Shown one piece after another: positions 47,990-61,951 of a stretch of 64,000 nt of DNA. The stretch lies in assembly GCF_009914755.1 (NCBI RefSeq), contig NC_060930.1; one strand, written 5' to 3'. The position numbers and the translations under genes were made by a program. The notes under the pieces are model-generated. The model was not told where the DNA came from and made no database searches. It saw only the letters and a program-made list of their open reading frames with translations. Numbering within the stretch: the stretch's first letter is position 1; each line of letters begins with the position of its first letter. This DNA is from the human T2T-CHM13v2.0 reference genome, Homo sapiens.

Positions 47990-50740
47990 AGTGCCTCAAC
48001 TTTCCAACAGAAGGTCATGAACACTAACCCTATCATAAGCTTTGTCCCGGATTCCATTAACCACCCATTCCTAATTGTTCAGAATTTCATCTCTATACTA
48101 CTCTACTCATTTCCTAATCCAAACCAATTTCCCATTGTGGTATTACTCACAAAACCCTTCCAAGAGTGCCCTTGGGGACTCATGGTCTTTATTCCATTTC
48201 CTAAAATTCTTTTTTTAAATCTGCTTCCCACTCTTTGTTCTAACTAAAACTCTCTCTCCTCAGGATACCTTCTCCCCTGCAACCTTGTCAATGGCGGCTG
48301 TTTTCTTTCCTACATTCCTTGTACCTCTTCATATTATATGATCTGGAGAAAGAGTAAGTGTCCACTTACACTCATTGCCATTGAAGATCTTTCCACCCTA
48401 ACCTCTAACCCCTTGCAAGCTTTGAAGTTCATGTCTTCATGCTATACCTCTGTATTAGTCCATTCTCACACTCCTACAAAGAACTGCCTGAGACTGGGTA
48501 ATTTATAAAGGAAAGAGGTTTAATTGACTCACAGTTCCGCAGGGCTGGGAAGGCCTCAGGAAACTTACAGTCATGGTAGAAGGGGAAGTAAACACATTCC
48601 TCTTCACATGGTGGCAGCAAGGAGAAGTGCAGAGTGAAGTGGGGTAAAAGCCCCTTAGAAAACCATCAGATCTCATGAGAACTCACTCACTATCATGAGA
48701 ACAGCATGGAGGTAGCTTCCCCCATCATTCAATTACCTCCCACCAGGTCCCTTCCATGACACGTGGGGATTATGAGAACTACAATTCAAGATGAGATTTG
48801 AGTGGGGACACAAACCATACCAACTTCCTCCTATTGCAGGCATGTACAGACTCCCAAGTCATCTCTCTGTACTTCTTGAAGATATGAGTTCCTGGCTTAC
48901 TGTCACTGTCCGTAACGCTACTCCTGCTAAAGTTCTTAGCAATTTTATTGTCCACCTAAATGATCCTTCCAATAATGGACTCTTAGTTCATCGACCTCTA
49001 TCTTTTAACAATCATAGACTCGCCTCCATCTCATCTCACCTTCCATGGTCATATCCCCGGATGTCATTATCAATGACAAGAGTCATCCAAATGATTGGTT
49101 TCAAGCTTCACATCCTGTCCTCCCAGCCCATGTGCTTCCTTTCCAACAATTTTTCACTAGTGCTTCCTTTCCAACAATTTTTCAACTCGAAGCCCTCAAT
49201 TCATTTATTTTACACACCTTTCCACTGTCCTTCATTTACTCATGTCTACCTCTTTACTCAGTTTAGATTCCAGTATTTCCTGGCATTATCTTAAGCTCTC
49301 TCACATTAACATACTTTCCTGGCTAAATTTGAACACTGGTTAAATGCAGTTTTCCTCTCACTCCACTCTGGCACACTGAATGTGGCATAGAAAAACACAC
49401 AATAGCCTTCTTTTAAATTCGTAACAAAAATGGACCATTACAATTGCTCAGGAATCCTACTCCATTTCCCTGTTACATTCATTCCTCTCCTCTCTGAGAT
49501 GACTATTTCATGCCTTCTTGAATCTCAAATACTTATTCACATCCTTACTCTCACCTAATGACTTTGCATTCTGTTTCACTGAAAAAAGTGATGCAATCAG
49601 AAGAGAATGTCCACATCCCTCCAGCCTATACCTGTTTACATATTCAGCCCACTCCCTTATTGCTGCAAATTACTGTAAATGAATGGACTCTCTCCCATCA
49701 CAGGCCTTTCCTCAGATGTGCCCCATACCCATCTCTTTATGCCTATTCCAAGATATACCCTCCAACTCTCTCTCCCCTGCATCTTCAGTGGTTCTCTTCC
49801 AAATACCTTCACTCTCAAATATGCAGTAATACTTTCCACCTTAAAAGAATTATTGAAGCTCACATCTTCTTTCATTTATCGACTACCCCTTTATCAGAAA
49901 GGAACCCTTTGAGTCATTTATACTCCCTGTCTCTAATTCCTCTAATCCTATCTCTTAAAATTCACTGTAATGAGAATCTCATCATCAATACTCCACCAAA
50001 ACAGTTCTTAACCAAGTTATTCTACATTACTAAACCCAGTGGTAAGTTATCAGGCCTCAAGTTCTTGCTTGGCCTTTCAATTCCCCCTTGAAACAATTTC
50101 TTCCCTCGGCTCCTGGGTCACCACCCCGCTGTGGTTCTGCTATCTCACAAGCTGCTCTTGTCAGTGGCTGTTACGGTTCTTCTTCATCTCACTGGCACTA
50201 AGTCTCAGTCCTCAGTTCCCTTTCCTATTCATAACCACTCCCTTGGTGATTTCATGCTGTATTATGGCATAGTCTACACTCTGATGAGTATCATATGAAT
50301 ACTTCCAGCTTTGACCTTCCCTCTGAACTCTGGACTAGTATTTCCTGCTTCCCACAGGATATCACCACTTAACTTGTCTAAAGCCAAGCCCTTGACCTCC
50401 CTCCTGTGCCTAGCTTCTCCTTCTGCTCTCTATATATCTAGAACATGACAACTCTATTCTTGAACGTCCTCCATCCAAAACTTTGAGTTAATTCTTAGCT
50501 TCTCGCACTCAACAACATATCCAATTCATCAATAAATGATCTTGGCCCTTCATTAAAAAGTTATCTAGAATCAGATCATTTCTCCTCATTTCTACTACTA
50601 TCACCATCCTGGTCCAAGCCACCAACAATCTCCAGATTAATCTAATAACCTCCCAGCTGGTTCCCCTGCTTCTTCTCCTGTCTCTCCACAGAAAGTATCC
50701 CCAACAAGCAGCCAAAGTGATCACATAAGTACATACATTT
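47990..50740 (+). mobile_element. Long L2 relic, interrupted by THE1
   Basis: CT-rich; ORF 48791-49294 translates to EDMSSWLTV...VLSNFIVHLNDPSN, resembling the L2 APE endonuclease motif (ILGDFNIH.DDP); 3' part accatcctggtccaagccacc...aacaagcagccaaagtgatc is typical L2. Confidence 0.75.
48451..48822 (-). mobile_element. THE1 (MaLR) solo LTR
   Basis: tgtattagtccattctcacac...gagtggggacacaaaccatacca; imperfect TSD acctc/acttc. Confidence 0.92.
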
Positions 50741-51259
50741 TCACATAAATTCTTCCAGAATGGTAGAACATGAGTCTCAAATGTAAAAGAACAGGGGCAT
50801 AAAAAATATGCCCAGAGCCAATACTGAGACATTGTCAGCCATGCACCCCTATCAGGCCAAAGAAACCTGCATGGTGACATGCTGCATCTGTGCCTGCCTG
50901 ATGTTAAGACCACACTTCTCACAATGTCTCCTAGAACTTGATGTAATCCTACAGTAGTGTGTGTATGTGAGGCTGCATTCTGCCCATCTATAACCTACTT
51001 AAATTCATCAAGTTCTGTATACTTTCAAGCATGAGTAACTATTTTAATATAAGTGAGTTATTACTGCTATTTTTATAGACAAGGCAGCAAAAACTACAAA
51101 TCTGGAGCTCTGTGACTGGTACAAGCTAGGTGATTTTTTTTTCCATTGGTGTTCAGAGGAGAGGTTATATGAAATACTTTTGGCCTTCAGGTGAAAAACT
51201 AAAAAAGAAGTGATTGAGATATGAATTTTTTTTGGTAAAAGTGTAAATAAAGCTTCTGA

Positions 51260-51574
<315 letters not shown>

Positions 51575-53439
51575 CAGACATTATTCTTAAGGGAAGTCAT
51601 CCTTACTGAACCAGAGACATACGAGATAAAAGAAAAGGATAGAAGAATTCCTGGCTTCCCTGAAGCTATATATTTCACAACCTGAACTTGCTTCTATTTT
51701 CCCCCTTTTCTTTGGTTTATTTTATATTATTGACTCAAGGACATAGCTTCTAAGCCAATAAGAAGTGATTGGTTTCCTCCTCACCACTCTTTTTTAACAG
51801 GTGAGGAGTAGGTAAGAACTCTATGGAAGGTGTGGAGAGTAGGTTCAATAGCTGATATTGAACAAAAGAGAAATTCACCATCAAATAAAAGAAAAGGAGG
51901 TCCCCAGAGTCCCCCAAAAGAGGCAATCATAGAGTCAGAGTAGTGGGTGGAGTGCAGGGGAGACAAGGCCTTTTGAAAACTAAGCTGCAAACAGTGGTGT
52001 CCTAATGAACAAAGCCTAGGGGAGGCGGCAGTTGTGCAGGTTTGGATGAAGAGGTTCTCAGCATGCCCAGTTCCTACAGGAGAAAATCACCTGAGCTCCA
52101 AAGCAGATTTAGGAAAAGATCAAGATCTTCTGCTCCTTCCCCCAAGGAAATTGGCATCCCAACAAGAAAATGACAGTGGAGTGGCCTGTAGTTGCAACAG
52201 TGAAGAGCCTTCCACCAGGAATATACTAGTGTGTCCTTACCCGAATGCACAAGCCAAATAGACATGCAAAAGCAGTCACCAAGAAGAAAAATGTGGAGCA
52301 GTTAAGTTTCTGGGCAATTCAAAGTAGGGGCCACTTCATACCTTAAAGGAAACTAAGAATAAACAAAATGTCTTTGACCCAGGCAGAAGCCACTATCTCA
52401 ATGCCTGGTCGGCATGTTTGGGTTTTTGTGTGTGTTATTCTTTGTGTGTGTCTGTTTAAGTGACACTGTTTTTCTTCTGTCTGGTAATTTTGCAGTTACC
52501 ACATAATGCTAAATTGGAGACAGAGACATGGGACATTATAATCTATGCCAGAATGTGACTTTTTGCTCTAGAACTTTTGATGGCTATCTTGTGCTTGCTT
52601 TGATAATAAATAGTCTAAAATACATGATACCCTGATTGATTTGTGGGAGAGAATTTAAAAGAAATATGGACCTAAAATTGCAACTAAACTTTGTGTTAAC
52701 CTAAATATACTGTTGTTTTACGATCTCTTATTGATCTTGGCTAACGTTATATAAAAGTTGTATGAACCCACAGAAACCATCACACTCAAACCTTTGGTAA
52801 ACTTTTAATGTTTCATTTGGTTCTTGCCCAATCGGTGACCATCGGAGCATCATAAAGAAAACACTGGTAGCCAATACAACCAGTTTGAGTTTATGAAAGG
52901 TCACAAGTCTATGATTGGCAAAGGAGATAAATCATTTAAAATGTTCTGGGAAAAAAACATAAATGCTAGGTGAATCCCTTAAATAGTCCTCAAATATAGA
53001 AAATGTTTTCTGGAGACACCTGGTCCCTAGCCTCTCTCTCTCTACACCTGGGATTGGAAACATGTTGACTTTGCATTTGGTTCCCGAACCAAGAAACCCT
53101 TAAGTTTTTAACCATGTCCTTAAATGGAAGAATAGTTGTTAGGATCAGATATTCTCAAAAGGTGTTTCAAAGCCCAGCTTTTAAAAAGCAGTGCTTATAG
53201 CAAGAACACACTTTCAAATCTAGCAAGGTTCTATCCTGGATGAGAGTGCTGTTGGCTGTCATGTGTTCGCATCAGTGTTTCTGGGGAAATAGACACTGCT
53301 GAAATTTTCTGGTCTCTCGTGCTCTATGTCATGTTCTTATTTAATTTAAGACAGCTGGTAGGTACTTGTATCTATAGCTAACAGTCTAGAATTTAACTTT
53401 ATAGTAAGTGTAGTTTGGTCTCTTCCTACAAATCTGTAG

Positions 53440-54330
53440 CCCTAAAATAATGTACCTTTACAGGAACAAATATAGGCTGACCTTAAACTTCTCAGGAACA
53501 CTGTATCTTTTAATTAAATGGGGCACTGTATACAGAACAATAAGAAAACGTTTGAAACCACAAAATGTTAAATATGGGAAATATGACTTTACGATATATT
53601 CAAGGGCTTATAGCACCCATGTATACTTTAAAAAGGAAACAAATTACTTGCAGAGAGGTGTAAGATTCTTATACCTAATACCTCCTAATAATACTGTTAA
53701 GGTAATCCTTTGAGAAAGGTATAAGAATTAGGATCTCAAGAATTGGGAAACTGAGCCATGAAAGGACTAATAATGACCTCTGCACAAATTAAGCATCGAA
53801 TTCACTTTAAAATAATTCTGGCAAATTTTGTTTTAAAATGGAAATATAGTTGATGAAAAGATACATTTTTAAAAAATCAAGAGTGAGGAAAGTCACAGCA
53901 TTAAAGAATTGGAAGCAAGCATTGTAAATAGATCTGCAGGTGAGAGGAAAACTTCCTCCTGACATCCTCTGACAGCCCAGTCTTCATGACCGCCAAAAAA
54001 AATCCTACACCCCTGATATGAGCTAACAATGAAAGTTCAGAAGCCATTTAACAAAATACAGTAGCAGCACAGGGAGGGGCCAAGTCAACTAGAAAAGGCA
54101 GCTACTATAGAAGCAGGAAAGTAAGAACTTTAAATAAAATTTAGTAGAAACACATGAGATTAAAAATTAGAGTACAGATAAACATTTGAAACCAAAAGAA
54201 ATGATACAGACATTTTGAAAACCCATGAAAGAATTATAAAAGAGAATAATCACAACTAAAGACTGAATCACGGATCTGGTGGATAAAATAGAAGAGTCTC
54301 ACATACATTAAGCCAAAAAACAAAGAAATA
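53440..54330 (+). mobile_element. Degraded ancient L1M (ORF1-region) remnants
   Basis: A-rich; ggctgaccttaaacttctcaggaacactg resembles old L1 ORF1; similar remnant at ~55640-55980. Confidence 0.35.
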
Positions 54331-54345
54331 CAAATTCATTCATTC

Positions 54346-54615
54346 TTTTTTTTTTTTTTTTTTTTTGAAACAAGGTCTTGCTGTGTCACCTAGCCTGGAG
54401 TGCAATGGTGCCATCATGGTTCACTGCAGCCTCAATCTCTGGGGCTCAAAAGATCCTCCTGCCTCAGCCCCCTAAATAGATGGAACCACAGATATGTACC
54501 ATCAGGAGGTATTTCAAGTTGCCCAGACTGGTCTTGAATGCCTGGGGCTCCAAGCAATCCTCCTGGCTTGGCCTCCAAAAGCATTAGGAATACAGAAGTA
54601 AGCCCCCACACCCGA
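54346..54615 (-). mobile_element. AluJ-like with an internal deletion around the central linker
   Basis: Right arm joins ttgcccagactggtcttgaa directly; ~270 bp. Confidence 0.88.
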
Positions 54616-54619
54616 TCTG

Positions 54620-55555
54620 ATTTGACTTTTCTAACAGTATCACTCCGATTGCTGCCTTGAGAACAGATGCAGAGAAGCAAAGACATAAGCAAGGAGATCA
54701 ATTAGGGAGCTGCTGCAACGGAAGCTGTCACCTGGTGAGAGAAGATGGTGCTTTGGAGCACAGCAATGTTTGTCAGGGTGGAGAGGAGAGATCACGTTTG
54801 GACATGTTTTGAAGAAACAGCCAGCAGGAATTGTAGATAGCCTTGATTGTCGGTTTAGAGAAAGTCATGGAGGGAAGTAACAGGGCTTTGGCTTGAGCAG
54901 CTTGAAAAACAGAGGTACTAGTTAGAGAGATGGGGAAGATGGTGACTGCAGAGGGACAAGAAGCAGGGGAAATCGAACGCTTTGCCCTTGTGAGGTTGGA
55001 GCTGTGTGAGGAAGAGCAGGCCTTTAGTGCTCAGCTGTTTGGTTCAAGTCCTGGCTGGGCCATTCACTGGTCCTGTGACCTTGAACATACTACCCAGCCT
55101 CCAGAGGCTGCAGTTTCCTCATGTGAAAAACAACCAAACAAAAAGAAAACAAAAACAAAAAAAACTATTTTCTAGAGCTCTTATGAAGCTGGAATGAGTT
55201 AATTTTTATAAAATGCTTATAATAGCATCTTGTAGATAGTGTTCATCAACAACTAAGTAAACATCCAAGAGTAATGCAAGGGAAATCAAGGTGCTGTGTC
55301 AAGAATACACATATATTTAAATTTAAATAGATGCACTCTAATGGGTCACTATAGGCAGAAGGTAAGGAAAGGGAGAAACAGAGATAAATAGGGGGAGGGA
55401 GAGACAATAAGATGAAATATATATATAGAAGTAGGATGTCAGAAGGGAATGGCATGTGTTTTATTCACTGCTGAAGCTCCAAGGCCTGAAAATATCTACA
55501 ACATGTACTGAGCACAAAAGGGAATAAAGAATTGAATGAATGAACAAATGAACTG
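54620..55555. mobile_element. L2 and MIR fragments
   Basis: Reverse L2 motifs at 54620-54990; MIR core ggttcaagtcctggct...cagtttcctcatgtgaaaa; L2 tail ttgaatgaatgaac near 55530. Confidence 0.6.
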
Positions 55556-58098
55556 AGGAGTTCATTTTCATTTCTGTGCCTCATAGAACCTTAAAAAAAA
55601 TTCATGCACATATACTTAGCCTGGTTCTGAATTCTGAGTATCAAGGAAAAAGATTGTATAAGCACCCAAATAGAAAGAACTGGTTATTTTAAAAGGAAAG
55701 AAGTTCAGGCTAGCATAGGACATCTCCTCTGTCATTTTGGAAGCCAGAAGGCAATAGAATGAGGTTAGAAATTATGAGGGAAATAGGATGACAATTCAAC
55801 AATCCTATATGCAGTCAAAAGGGTGATCATATAAGAGTAAAAGAATGACAGTAACAATGTATTTATGACCACCTGCTGAGAAATTCTAGGAAATACTCTA
55901 GCAATATAAAAATTAAATCAAAACAAAAATTTATAAATAGCAAGAGATGAAAAATAAAAGCAACAACAATGATTAATATATAAAGTAAGGTTTAGTTTAA
56001 ATTGAAAGGGGTTATGTTAATATGACACAATACAATGCTTGTTAAAAGAACATTCAAAATGAAAAACAAATAAATTTCAAGGAAACACTTAACATTGGCC
56101 TGAAACTTAAATTCTAACTATCTTAATAACACCTAGTTGTTATCAGGGGTGCTGAGGGGCTGGCAAGTTAAACTTCTTGACTGGATGGAAAGATGCGTAG
56201 TTATAATTAAATTTTGGACAGTTGGTCTAGCAGCATTTTTTTAAAATTTAAAATGCTCACATTGTTTGAATCAGCTCCGTTCAGTGCAATTGTTTTTGTA
56301 ATAGCAACGAAAGAAAAAAGTAAAATAATCTAAACTTTGATGTCAGACTTACATATATATATATATATATCAGTAGACATATGATATGTATTTAACAAGA
56401 TGTTAAATAAAATGATCTGGTTCTTTCTATATAGAGACAGAAAGTTGTCAATAGTATATTTTTAAGTAAAGAAAAAACATTTACAGGTTATTTAAAAATA
56501 TACAATTATGTATTCTAAAATATCATATGTCAATATATTGTTAAGTAGAAAACATTTGCAGAGTATTTAAAAATATCATAAATAGGGATACACACTCACA
56601 TGCATTTATGTAATTATGGGAAATAAGTATGGAATGGAATACTCCAATTCTCAATATTGTTTACTCAGAGATAGTGAGATTGAAACTCAAAAAACACACA
56701 AAAAGATTAACAACAAAAAGAAAATAACACAAAATTTTAGCAACGTTTTTACCTGGGTGGTGAATTATGGGTGAATTTTATTTACTTTTCCATCTCTATG
56801 ACATATTCTAAGTTTCTTTCTATGGGACTGTTTCACTTTCATAACTAGAAATTTTTTTAATAAAAGTAAATGTATTGTTTATAAATTGAGTTTCATTTTA
56901 AAAAACTATTGGTGAATAATTATCAATAAATTTGTATTATTTGTTTCTTTGACTTGTATAATTCTTTGCATGATTTATTTATCTATTTTACCTTTGTACT
57001 AAAATTATACTTTTACTAAATTACTGAACTGAACTCATTTCCTGTTTTTGTTCTATTATAAAATGTAAAATAGACAATAATAATTTTACTCCAAAACTAT
57101 ACTTGTAGCTCTGTAATTCCAGTATTTTTAATAAACATACTAAAATATGTTTGAAAAATACTTATTTCTAAAGGGGGAAAGAGACCAGGGTGAGGGGAAA
57201 CAGCATTTTTAAATGTTTAAGTCATGGTTCTTGAGATGAAACATTGCTGGAAGTGAACCATTTCTGTTTCAAAGAAACAGGAAATGGGACGAAATTCATT
57301 TGTTTGCTCCTACATCAACACAAACCAACAAATAAGAGTAAAACAGTCACCAGCAATATTATGATAAATGTACTATACATGAAAGTGTTTCTGCTATTTT
57401 GACATGCATAAAGTAATATGAATCAGATTTAGGTAATGTAACTAAAAGGTTCTTAAGTTAATTGATCTAATATATGGCAGGTATACACACACACTGAATT
57501 TAGTTTAAGTTGAAAGGGATTATGTTAATATGACACAATACATTTGAAAATGTACTGGGATTTTTCCTACCAAATATATTTGCACAAATAATATCTGTGC
57601 AAATAAGATTATGGTTTTGCAGTTTAGTTGTGTATATAGTAACAATAAGACATATTGTAATTGTAAAACCTAAAAAAATCTATAAGGACTCCTTACATGA
57701 TGTTAAAACTAGCCAATGTACACAGCATAGAATTTCTTTCTTCATTAACAAGAAAAGGAGATTTTTTAAAAGTTTCAACTTTTCAAATGTCCTAGCTTTC
57801 CATAAATGAATTTTTAATAAAAGAGAAACAACACTTTTTAAAAGACATGTAAAGCAAGCTATTTAAAAATATATAACCATTCTTTTAGCTTCTCTTGCTA
57901 AAGGGGCTACTAAGCAACTAAATTACAGAAAACCCTTGTTAATCTTCGCACTAAATAATCCTAAATTTTAACAGATGGATAAGTACCAAGCCATTGATAA
58001 ATCTCATTATCTTTACCATTCTTCCTGTAAAATACTACTTTAGGCCTTTGGGTTAGTCTCTAGGATTTGGTTTGGCTGTTCAGCAAATTCAGACCCAC

Positions 58099-58150
58099 CT
58101 GCTCAGGTAAGAGTGAACACAGTCAGCGGATGAGCAGACAGCAGGAACAC
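58099..58150 (-). other. TAAR1: Candidate non-coding exon 1 of TAAR1 (5' boundary uncertain)
   Basis: Unique, GC-richer patch with minus-strand donor CAG|gtgggt (GT at 58098-58097); fits my recollection of a ~13 kb first intron in TAAR1 and the acceptor at 45096. Confidence 0.5.
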
Positions 58151-58684
58151 TGCCTTTGGGACCAGTCTGCATCAATCTCCTGGATACCTGCTGCTGGCTA
58201 GAGCCCACTGCTGCTCTATGATAGGCCACAGTTCACATAGACAGAATGACGCAAATATTAAAATCCAAAACAAAAGCTGATAATAAATCTTTCTGAAACA
58301 AGCTAACAATATGTTATCAAGAAATATAACTGGGAGGAGCTTTTATTCTGAACCAGCATCAGGAAGCTAGCAGTGAGCAAGCTAAATAGAGAAGGTAAAT
58401 ATTACAACTACTTTAAAAATAATTCCAAGCGTGGGCCACCAGGAACCACAGCGATGCATTAACAGCACATAAATGAAAACACATGTCCATTAAAACTGAC
58501 TTAATTGCTGATTGATTTGAAAGAAAAGTACTTCTCTATTACACACCTGTACAAAGAAAATAACTAGCATTTAAAAAACAACTTGCTTTCAAAAGAGATG
58601 ACCTGTACCCAACAAATGAATATTTTTAAAAAATAGAATGTACTCAAACCCAATAACATATTATAGTTAGAAAATACTTTAAAG

Positions 58685-59259
<575 letters not shown>

Positions 59260-59574
59260 TATCCTATTTTATCAGTTTTTACACTTAGACTTTTGAATAC
59301 AATAAAAGTTGATTAAATGAAAATTATTTTAAAACAGAAAAGAGAAAAAAACGAAGATATATAAGAATAAAGCAAAGAATAAAGATAGGGAAACGTAAGT
59401 AAATCAAAAATTAAATATAAAAAAGAAAAAGTGTTTATATATAAAACTTCCAAAATGACCCTCTCTACATGGAACCAGATCCTCCAATATGGCAAAACGA
59501 AGAGCTGGACAAGGGCTGTTTCTCTTCCATTACTATCTGTTACTCTGCATGGGATTAAAGCATCATTATGACAC

Positions 59575-59960
59575 ATTGATTATCAGGCTCGGTTCTTCAC
59601 CCTCCTCACATCCTTTGTCTTCCCTTCATTGGGGGTAGAAAATACATTTTTTGCCCTTTGAATTTGAACTTTGCCATTTGACATGTCTTGGCCAAAAGAA
59701 TGTGAACAGAGATAAAAATGTTCCAGTTCCAAACCTAGTCTTTGGGAGGACATGTTGATGAATGTCCTTTATCCTATCACCAGGAATACAACATACCCGG
59801 CTCAGCCACTTGTCCAAGGAAGATGAGAGACATGTGGAACAGTCAGGGGCATGAAGACCTGCAGCACCTGCAGACCTTCATGAGCATAAGTTGCTATTAT
59901 TTTAAGCTATCGAGTTTTGGTGTCATTTGTTACACAGCATGATCAAAGCAATATTAACTG
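59575..59960 (+). mobile_element. MLT1 (MaLR) LTR relic
   Basis: 3' end tattttaagctatcgagttttggtgtcatttgttacacagca is typical of MLT1. Confidence 0.7.
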
Positions 59961-60419
59961 TGTCAATTGTATTTCTGAAGGAAGCCATGGAGATCTGCTG
60001 CCCCATTCTCCTGCCTTGGGATCGCTAGTGAAACACTGCACCCCATAATGGGTCAGCTGTGACCTAAATAGCCATTATTAAAAGCAGTGATAGAACAAGC
60101 AAAAGGGCTTACAGTGAAATTACCCTTTACTAAGTGAATGTAACTGCTGCTTCAGAAGTCTCCAGATATTAAAGGCTGGTTCAAGAAATAATATCCAAGT
60201 TCAGTTCTTGTTAATAGTACATAGAAAATGTCATTCATTTTTCTCAAAATGAGTTTAATGTTGCCTGAATCATACATATTCCTGTCTTACCAGGAATCAG
60301 TCTTCTTTGCAGGCAAGCACAATACCTCATGTATAAGAGTTTATTAAGCTCTAGGAAATCAAGGCTCTTGTCTGCTTTGTTCATTAGTCTCTCGCCATGG
60401 CTTAAAACAGTGCTTGACA

Positions 60420-60813
<394 letters not shown>

Positions 60814-61631
60814 TTATTCATTTTTAAAAGCCTTTAAATCAAAGGATTACATTGATATGGAATTCTCTTAGTTTCACTGTGCTAATTACAAAACTGCACG
60901 GGCAGTAAATCTTCTCTTCATCTCCTGCTCTTTCTTTTAACTGGAAAACTTATTTAATTGGATAATGATTTTTTCTTCTAGGAATGTAGAGTTAATAGTG
61001 AGATCGACATACAAATAAATATTTGTTGCACAATAGAGGGATTGCTAAATGGAAATATAAAGGCTGTGTTATGAGAGAGCAGAAGAAGGATTTGGAAACC
61101 CCTCAGGGCAGCCAGGACAGGCTTCATGCATGAGGCCGCATATAAGCTGAATCTGCAAAGACAATCCTCGGAGACTTCACAAACCACCTAAATTTAGAAT
61201 AGGAAAATACACACAAAAGCTCTTGTTTAATCTTAATAAACTAATTTCATAGTGGACAATTAAAGTCCTTTAGTTAGTAACAATCCTGTTTTTAAATGTT
61301 ATTCTTATTTCAGCATCTTTTTTTGTCAACAAAACTGTCTTGAATGTTTACTGTGGGCATTCGAAATAAAGCTGCTTTTTCGTTTCTGTTAAGCACACAC
61401 ACACACACATACCCCTAAAAAAAATAATAAAACCTAAAAATATCTTAATTCCCATTCTCTGAACCCACTGAATTTCAAGCTAATTATCAGCTCCATCACC
61501 AAATGGGTCTTAGTGACGGCATGATCTACATCCTCGGACATGCATGCCTACTGTCTACTGCTTTGACGATTGAATAGGACATTCCTGTAGATATTGTGAA
61601 CTCCATGAAGGCAGAGATTTGGTTTCTGTTG

Positions 61632-61951
61632 TTTCTTTTTTGAGACAGGGTCTCCCTCTGTTGCCCAGGCTGGAGTGCAGTGGTGCAATCATGGCTCACT
61701 GTAGTCTTAACCTCCCGGGATTCTCCCACCTCAACCCCCTGAGTAGCTGGGACTAAAGGCATGCACCACCACACCCACACCCAGCTAGTTTTTGTGTTTT
61801 CTTTTTCTTTCTTTCCTTTTTTTTTTTTTTTTTGTAGAGGAGAGGTTTTGCCATGTTACCCAGGCTGGTCTTGAACTCCTGGGATTAAGGGATATACCTG
61901 CCTCGGCTTCCCAAAGTGCTGAGATTACAGGCATGAGCCACCGCACCTGCC
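61632..61951 (-). mobile_element. AluJ-like inserted into an L2 3' end
   Basis: Reverse Alu with an expanded T-rich linker; imperfect TSD gaaggcagagatt/gaagacagagact. Confidence 0.9.

Noticed and set aside
49558-50091. 177-aa ORF
   Set aside because: Inside the CT-rich L2 relic with no recognisable intact domain
51590-53300. Possible ancient LTR or Gypsy-like relic
   Set aside because: No termini, TSD or protein motif that I can identify; needs a Dfam search
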